A stretch of 64,000 nt of DNA. Source: Candidatus Omnitrophota bacterium (GTDB lineage Bacteria > Omnitrophota > Gorgyraeia > Gygaellales > Profunditerraquicolaceae). The stretch spans positions 2,386 to 66,385 of the forward strand of contig JBAZKK010000003.1 in assembly GCA_041650795.1 (NCBI GenBank), given 5' to 3'. Both the position numbers and the translations under genes were made by a program. Below the pieces are notes generated by a model. That model saw only the letters and a list, made by a program, of their open reading frames with translations. It had not been told where the DNA came from and searched no databases. This document shows, piece after piece, positions 59,046-64,000 of the stretch. Positions within the stretch are counted from its first letter, which is position 1; each line of letters begins with the position of its first letter.

Positions 59046-60221
59046 ATGCAGATAGATACACGCGTTGCCGAACGCTTAAAAAAGGTAAACTCTTCCCCGA
59101 CCCTCGCCATTACCAGTAAGGCCAAGAAGCTGCGATCGGAAGGCAAGGATGTCATAAATCTTGCGGCGGGAGAGCCGGATTTTGATACCCCTGATTTTAT
59201 CAAGGATGCCGCGGTTGAGGCGGTGCGTTCGGGCTTTACCAAATATACCCCTTCCACCGGGACCCCCGAATTAAAAAAACTCATTAGTCAAAAATTCAAA
59301 AGAGATAACGGCTTAGAATATTCTCCTTCCCAGGTCGTAGTATCCTGCGGGGCAAAGCACAGCATTTTTAACTCCGTTTTCGTATTGCTTAACAATGGCG
59401 ACGAGGCTATTATGCCGAGCCCCTATTGGGTAAGCTACCCGGAAATGGTGCGTTTAGCCGGCGGCACGCCGCGCTTTATCGAAACAGAGGAACGGGATAA
59501 TTTCAGGATTACCCCGCAGGACCTGGAAAAACACATTACTATCAAAACGAAGCTCTTGATATTAAACAGCCCATCTAATCCTACCGGCTGTGTTTATCGC
59601 AAAGAGGAGCTTAAAGAAATTTCCCGCATCTGCGCCGCCAGAAAGATATTCGTGATTTCCGATGAGATTTACGAAAAAATAATCTACGACGGGCTCAAGC
59701 ATTATTCTATCGCCGGTTTCGGGAAAGAGATTTACAACCTCGCCATTACGGTTAATGGCCTGTCCAAAAGCCACTCCATGACAGGATGGCGCATCGGCTA
59801 TCTGGCGGGGCCGCAGGACGTAGTGGATGCTATCTCCAGGCTGCAGGACCACTCTACCTCCAATCCCAGCTCAATCTCCCAAAAAGCGGCAGTCGCAGCC
59901 CTGAATGCACCCGACGAATTCAGCCGGCAGATGTGCAAGGAATTCCAGAAAAGAAGGGATTACCTTATTGCCAGGTTAAGCGGCATAGATAAGCTCAGTT
60001 ACATTAAGCCCGAGGGGGCATTTTACCTCTTCTGCAATATCTCCAAGACTAAGATGGATCCGCTGACCTTTGCCACCCGTTTACTCAATGAGGAAATGGT
60101 AGCGCTAATACCGGGAGAAGGCTTTGGCAGCAGCGATTGCATCCGCCTAAGCTTTGCCACCGGCATGGAGCAGCTTATCAAGGCAATGGACAGGCTCCAG
60201 GCTTGGATAGCCAAAATTTGA
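59046..60221 (+). CDS. class I pyridoxal-phosphate aminotransferase (aspartate aminotransferase-like)
   Basis: LAAGEPDFDTP, YTPSTGTPELK, NSPSNPTG, PLP-lysine context VNGLSKSHSMTGWRIGY. Confidence 0.88.
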   Translation: MQIDTRVAERLKKVNSSPTLAITSKAKKLRSEGKDVINLAAGEPDFDTPDFIKDAAVEAVRSGFTKYTPSTGTPELKKLISQKFKRDNGLEYSPSQVVVSCGAKHSIFNSVFVLLNNGDEAIMPSPYWVSYPEMVRLAGGTPRFIETEERDNFRITPQDLEKHITIKTKLLILNSPSNPTGCVYRKEELKEISRICAARKIFVISDEIYEKIIYDGLKHYSIAGFGKEIYNLAITVNGLSKSHSMTGWRIGYLAGPQDVVDAISRLQDHSTSNPSSISQKAAVAALNAPDEFSRQMCKEFQKRRDYLIARLSGIDKLSYIKPEGAFYLFCNISKTKMDPLTFATRLLNEEMVALIPGEGFGSSDCIRLSFATGMEQLIKAMDRLQAWIAKI

Positions 60222-61471
60222 TGGGTAAGACTATCGCGGAAAAAATACTGGGCAGCCATTGCGGCAGGGAACTTTCAGCCGGCGATTTTGCCGTCTGCAA
60301 AATAGATTTTGCTTTCGGCCAGGACGGCACATCCTCGATTATAATCGACCGCGTAAGGGAAATGGGGCTTAAGCATCTTAAGGCTCCTTTCTGCATGGTG
60401 ATAGACCACAGCGCTCCTTCGCCAAGCGAAGGGGTTTCGCGCGTCCATAAAAAGATGCGGGAATTCGCCGTAGCCTACGGCGCCAGGCTTTACGATGTCG
60501 GCTGCGGCATATGTCATCAGGTCATACCGGAATCCGGGCAGGTCTTACCCGGAGACCTTGTCCTCGGAGCGGATTCTCACACCTCGACCTACGGCGCGCT
60601 GGGGGCTTTTTCTACCGGGGTAGGCTCCACTGATCTGGCGGTAGCGCTGGCAACCGGAAAAAACTGGTTCAAGGTTCCCGAGACGCTAAAGATTATCTTA
60701 AAAGGCAGTGTTCCCAGGGGTTTTTTTGCCAAGGATATCATCCTTTATATTATTACCCGTATCGGCGCAGACGGAGCAACCTATAAAGCAATAGAGTTTT
60801 CCGGCCCCGTAATAGATAAGCTGGACATGGACGGCCGCTTTACCATTTCCAATATGGTCGTAGAGATGGGGGCAAAAACCGGATTTATGCCTGTTGATAA
60901 AAAAACCGTTTCATGGCTTAAGCCGCGGGTTAATAAACGGAGGATAAAATCCGCGGCAGCAGACCGGGATGCCAGATATCGTGCAATTATCGAATATGAT
61001 ATCTCAAAGCTTTCCCCCCAGGTTTCTTCCCCGCACAGCGTCGACAGCGCAGAGCCGGCAGAGAATTTGAAGAAAATAAAGATAGACCAGGCATTCCTGG
61101 GAACCTGCACTAACGGCAGGCTGGATGACTTGAGGATTGCCGCCAGGATGCTTAAATCACGCAAGGTAGCCGAAGGCGTTAAGTTTATCGTAGCGCCGGC
61201 TTCACGCAGCATATTGCTTGAGGCCTTAAATTCGGGTATAATTGACGTGTTGGTCAAGGCGGGGGCGGCAGTGGTTGCTCCCGGCTGCGGACCTTGCGTG
61301 GGCACGCACAACGGTGTCCCTGCCGACGGAGAAATAGTGATTTCGAGCGCTAACCGCAACTTCAAGGGCCGCATGGGTAATCCCTCGGCTTTCATATACC
61401 TGGCATCGCCGGCAACCGTAGTTGCCTCGGCAATACAGGGATATATTACTGACCCGCGCAAATATCTTTAA
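60221..61471 (+). CDS. aconitase-family dehydratase large subunit (3-isopropylmalate / homoaconitate hydratase type, ~416 aa)
   Basis: MGKTIAEKIL, DHSAP, GADSHT, GTCTNGR, PGCGPCVG, SSANRNFKGRMG. The ATG shares TGATG with the aminotransferase stop; the ORF-track start 60137 lies inside the upstream gene. Confidence 0.88.
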   Translation: MGKTIAEKILGSHCGRELSAGDFAVCKIDFAFGQDGTSSIIIDRVREMGLKHLKAPFCMVIDHSAPSPSEGVSRVHKKMREFAVAYGARLYDVGCGICHQVIPESGQVLPGDLVLGADSHTSTYGALGAFSTGVGSTDLAVALATGKNWFKVPETLKIILKGSVPRGFFAKDIILYIITRIGADGATYKAIEFSGPVIDKLDMDGRFTISNMVVEMGAKTGFMPVDKKTVSWLKPRVNKRRIKSAAADRDARYRAIIEYDISKLSPQVSSPHSVDSAEPAENLKKIKIDQAFLGTCTNGRLDDLRIAARMLKSRKVAEGVKFIVAPASRSILLEALNSGIIDVLVKAGAAVVAPGCGPCVGTHNGVPADGEIVISSANRNFKGRMGNPSAFIYLASPATVVASAIQGYITDPRKYL

Positions 61472-61485
61472 CAGGAGGGGGCTGC

Positions 61486-62532
61486 ATGGAAATACGCGAG
61501 CTGCTTTTGATGTGCATCGATAAGAAGGCTTCGGATCTGCACCTTACCGAAAACGAGCCGCCTGTCCTGCGTATCGACGGCAAACTTTACCGCAGCGAGA
61601 GTGAGCCTCTTAACCGTGAAAACCTCAAACGCATGATTTACAGTTTTATGACCTATGCCCAGAAGGATGCCTTTGAGCAGAAGCTGGAGCTGGATTTTTC
61701 TATTGCCTTGCCGGAGCTGGATAGGTTCAGGGTTAATATCCATATGCAACGCGGGGTAGTGGAAGCGGCTTTCAGGCGCGTGCCGGTTGTTATCCCCACA
61801 CTTCAGGAATTAGGTTTACCTCCGATAGCCGTAGAGCTGGCGCGTAAGCCTAACGGCCTGGTTCTGGTCACTGGCCCCACCGGTATGGGGAAAACCACTA
61901 CCCTGGCTGCAATGATAGACCTTATCAATAAGGAAAGGGAATGCCTGATAGTATGCATTGAAGACCCTATCGAGTTTATGCATACCAATAAGAAGGCAGT
62001 CATCAAGCAACGCGAGGTGTATTCTGATACCCACTCGTTTGCCGAGGCTTTAAAAAGGGCTCTTAGGCAGGACCCCAATGTTATAGTAGTAGGGGAGATG
62101 CGTGACCTAGAAACTATCTCTACGGCCCTTACTGCCGCAGAAACCGGCCATCTCGTGCTGGCTACCCTGCATACTCCGGACGCACCGCAGACTATTGAGA
62201 GGATTATAGATGTATTCTCTCCGCATCAGCAGCAGCAGGTAAAGCTGCAGCTTAGTAATTGTATCCAGGGAGTAATCTCGCAGCTTTTGCTCCCCCGCGC
62301 TTCGGGGCAGGGAAGGACCCTGGCTTGCGAAGTAATGATAGGAACGGCCGGGATAAGGAACCTCATCCGCGAGCAGGAAATAGAGCAGATACCTACCCTG
62401 ATGCAAACAGGCATCCAGTACGGTATGAAAACCATGGATAAATCCCTAAAGGAGCTTTACCATTCCGGGCTAATTACCAGGGATATGGCAATCTCCAAGG
62501 TAAAGAACCCGGAGGAATTCAGGCAGCTATGA
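61486..62532 (+). CDS. pilT: type IV pilus retraction ATPase PilT
   Basis: ASDLHL, Walker A GPTGMGKTTT, Asp box EDPIEF, Walker B VVGEMRD, His box GHLVLATLHT, PilT-specific GIRNLIRE. Confidence 0.9.
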   Translation: MEIRELLLMCIDKKASDLHLTENEPPVLRIDGKLYRSESEPLNRENLKRMIYSFMTYAQKDAFEQKLELDFSIALPELDRFRVNIHMQRGVVEAAFRRVPVVIPTLQELGLPPIAVELARKPNGLVLVTGPTGMGKTTTLAAMIDLINKERECLIVCIEDPIEFMHTNKKAVIKQREVYSDTHSFAEALKRALRQDPNVIVVGEMRDLETISTALTAAETGHLVLATLHTPDAPQTIERIIDVFSPHQQQQVKLQLSNCIQGVISQLLLPRASGQGRTLACEVMIGTAGIRNLIREQEIEQIPTLMQTGIQYGMKTMDKSLKELYHSGLITRDMAISKVKNPEEFRQL

Positions 62533-63032
62533 AAATCCGGGGACAGGCGCTTAAGTTAGGCGATAATATCAATACGGATTTTATCATTTCCGGGCGTTAT
62601 AAATTTTCCATAACGGACATCAAAGAGCTCGCCAGGCATATTATGGAGGATGTTGATGCGGATTTCCCCAAAAAAATTATTCCCGGCCAATCCCTTATCG
62701 TATCCGGGAAAAATTTCGGAATGGGGTCCTCCCGGGAGCAGGCGCCGCTGGTAATCAAAGAGGCAGGCATCCAGGCGGTATTGGCTTCCAGTTTCGCGCG
62801 CATTTTCTACCGCAACGCCTTTAATATCGGGTTGCCTTTAATAGAAGTAGATACTTCCGATATTGCCGAAACCGACAGCCTCGAGATCGACCTTGAGAAG
62901 GGGATAGTCAGGAACCTGACTAAGGGCTCAGAGGCCGCTATTAACCCGTTTCCGAAGTTTATGCAACAGCTATTAAGCGAGGGCGGCATTATAAATTATT
63001 TGAAGAAGCACGGGGAGCTTAAATTATCATGA
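62529..63032 (+). CDS. aconitase-family dehydratase small subunit (LeuD/HacB type, 167 aa)
   Basis: DNINTDFIISGRY, GKNFGMGSSREQAP, FARIFYRNAFNIGLP. ATGA overlaps at both ends. Confidence 0.88.
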   Translation: MKIRGQALKLGDNINTDFIISGRYKFSITDIKELARHIMEDVDADFPKKIIPGQSLIVSGKNFGMGSSREQAPLVIKEAGIQAVLASSFARIFYRNAFNIGLPLIEVDTSDIAETDSLEIDLEKGIVRNLTKGSEAAINPFPKFMQQLLSEGGIINYLKKHGELKLS

Positions 63033-64000
63033 GCTACCGGGTAACGATTATTCCTGGGGACGGCACCGGACCGGAGTTGAGCCTGGCCGCCAAAAGGTGC
63101 GTTGACGCGACCGGCGTCAAGATAGAATGGGAAGAGGTGGAGGCGGGCCAGATCGCCCTGGACAAATACGGCCAGATTTTACCGCAGGCGGTGCTTGATT
63201 CCGTCAAGAAAAACAAGGTTGCGTTAAAAGGGCCTATTATTACGCCTATAGGCACGGGTTTCCGTTCGGTCAACGTTGCAATCCGGCAGGCGCTGGACCT
63301 TTATGCCTGCGTGCGCCCTGCCAAATATTACCCGGGCGCAAGAAGCCAATACCGCGATATTGACCTGGTGGTTATCCGGGAAAACAGCGAAGACCTCTAT
63401 GCAGGGATAGAATTTGAATACGGCAAACCAGAGACTGCGGAAATTATCAGGCAGATAGAGCGTTACACCAAAAAAAGCATCAGGCCGGATTCCGCGGTTT
63501 CCATAAAGCCCATTTCGCGATACGCCTCGGAGCGGATAGTGGAATTCGCCTTTGAATACGCCGTCAAATATAACCGTAAAAAGGTCACCGCGGTACATAA
63601 GGCAAATATCATGAAATTCAGCGACGGGCTGTTCCTGAAGACTGCCCGGGAGGTTGCCAGCCGCTACGCGACGAAGGTGCAGTTCGAAGAAGCGATTGTC
63701 GATAATATGGCAATGCAGTTGGTGCAAAAGCCCCGCGATTACGATATCCTGGTATTGCCGAATCTTTACGGTGATATTATCTCCGACCTTTGCGCAGGGA
63801 TTATCGGAGGGCTCGGCGTCGCCCCCGGAGCCAACATAGGCAATGATATGGCTGTTTTTGAAGCGGTGCACGGCGCGGCCCCCAAATACGCCGGTCTGAA
63901 TAAAGTCAATCCTACTGCTATGATACTCTCCGCAGTATTGATGTTGCGGCATCTGGGAGAGGATAGTGCGGCAGAGAGGCTGGAGAATGCGGTAAAGAAA
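63029..64000 (+). CDS. isocitrate/homoisocitrate-type beta-decarboxylating dehydrogenase, 3' end outside the window
   Basis: Hand-translated open frame to the window edge: MSYRVTIIPGDGTGPEL...GFRSVNVAIRQALDLYACVRP...HKANIMKFSDGLF...NLYGDIISDL...GANIG. It is missing from the ORF track because no stop lies in the window. Confidence 0.88.
   Translation, partial: MSYRVTIIPGDGTGPELSLAAKRCVDATGVKIEWEEVEAGQIALDKYGQILPQAVLDSVKKNKVALKGPIITPIGTGFRSVNVAIRQALDLYACVRPAKYYPGARSQYRDIDLVVIRENSEDLYAGIEFEYGKPETAEIIRQIERYTKKSIRPDSAVSIKPISRYASERIVEFAFEYAVKYNRKKVTAVHKANIMKFSDGLFLKTAREVASRYATKVQFEEAIVDNMAMQLVQKPRDYDILVLPNLYGDIISDLCAGIIGGLGVAPGANIGNDMAVFEAVHGAAPKYAGLNKVNPTAMILSAVLMLRHLGEDSAAERLENAVKK

Noticed and set aside
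63224-63952. 242-aa minus-strand ORF, the only long ORF the track reports in this region.
   Set aside because: The plus-strand frame from ATG 63029 is open to the window edge and translates to an obvious isocitrate/isopropylmalate dehydrogenase family protein. The track omitted it only because no stop lies in the window.

Overview
This is a 64-kb, tightly packed bacterial core-genome segment. Every gene but one is on the plus strand. I cannot assign a taxon. The content (Bcd/Etf genes, fused secDF, Zn-ribbon S14/L33/L36, no L30, tiny intergenic gaps) suggests a streamlined, probably anaerobic, uncultivated lineage.

Gene order:
- 3' end of an acyl-CoA dehydrogenase, then etfB and a ferredoxin-fused etfA.
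- A 124-bp nested palindromic REP doublet.
- A consensus promoter, a small HTH gene, then smc.
- A convergent GAF-GGDEF cyclase, the only minus-strand gene.
- A RAYT-like IS200/IS605-type Y1 transposase flanked by the two halves of the same palindrome.
- A consensus promoter, then recA-htrA-recX-alaS-hisDBHA-(lipoprotein)-hisFI-trpE-rpsP-yajC-secDF-mfd-surA-pdxA-rsmA, with no gap over 30 nt.
- A consensus promoter, then tRNA-Thr-rpmG-tRNA-Trp-secE-nusG-rplKAJL-rpoBC-rpsLG-fusA-tuf and the S10/spc/alpha clusters.
- An aminotransferase, then leuC-like, pilT, leuD-like and an icd-like gene that runs off the window.

Observations most worth following up:
1. The smc gene is doubly unusual. A 551-aa LAGLIDADG intein (3012..4664) splits its Walker A P-loop, and about 60 non-coiled residues replace the canonical ~150-170 aa hinge.
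2. There is a REP/RAYT (REPIN-like) system. An empty LE+RE palindrome sits at 2460..2583, and a transposase-carrying copy at 9011..9686 is wedged between two divergent promoters.
3. Mfd is compact (633 aa). It keeps the UvrB-like D2 segment, the RNAP-interaction domain and the translocase, but lacks D1a, D1b, D3 and D7.
4. pilT is inserted, translationally coupled, between the large and small subunit genes of an aconitase-family dehydratase.

No rRNA, CRISPR array or prophage was seen. All homology calls come from reading the supplied translations by eye. No database search was run.
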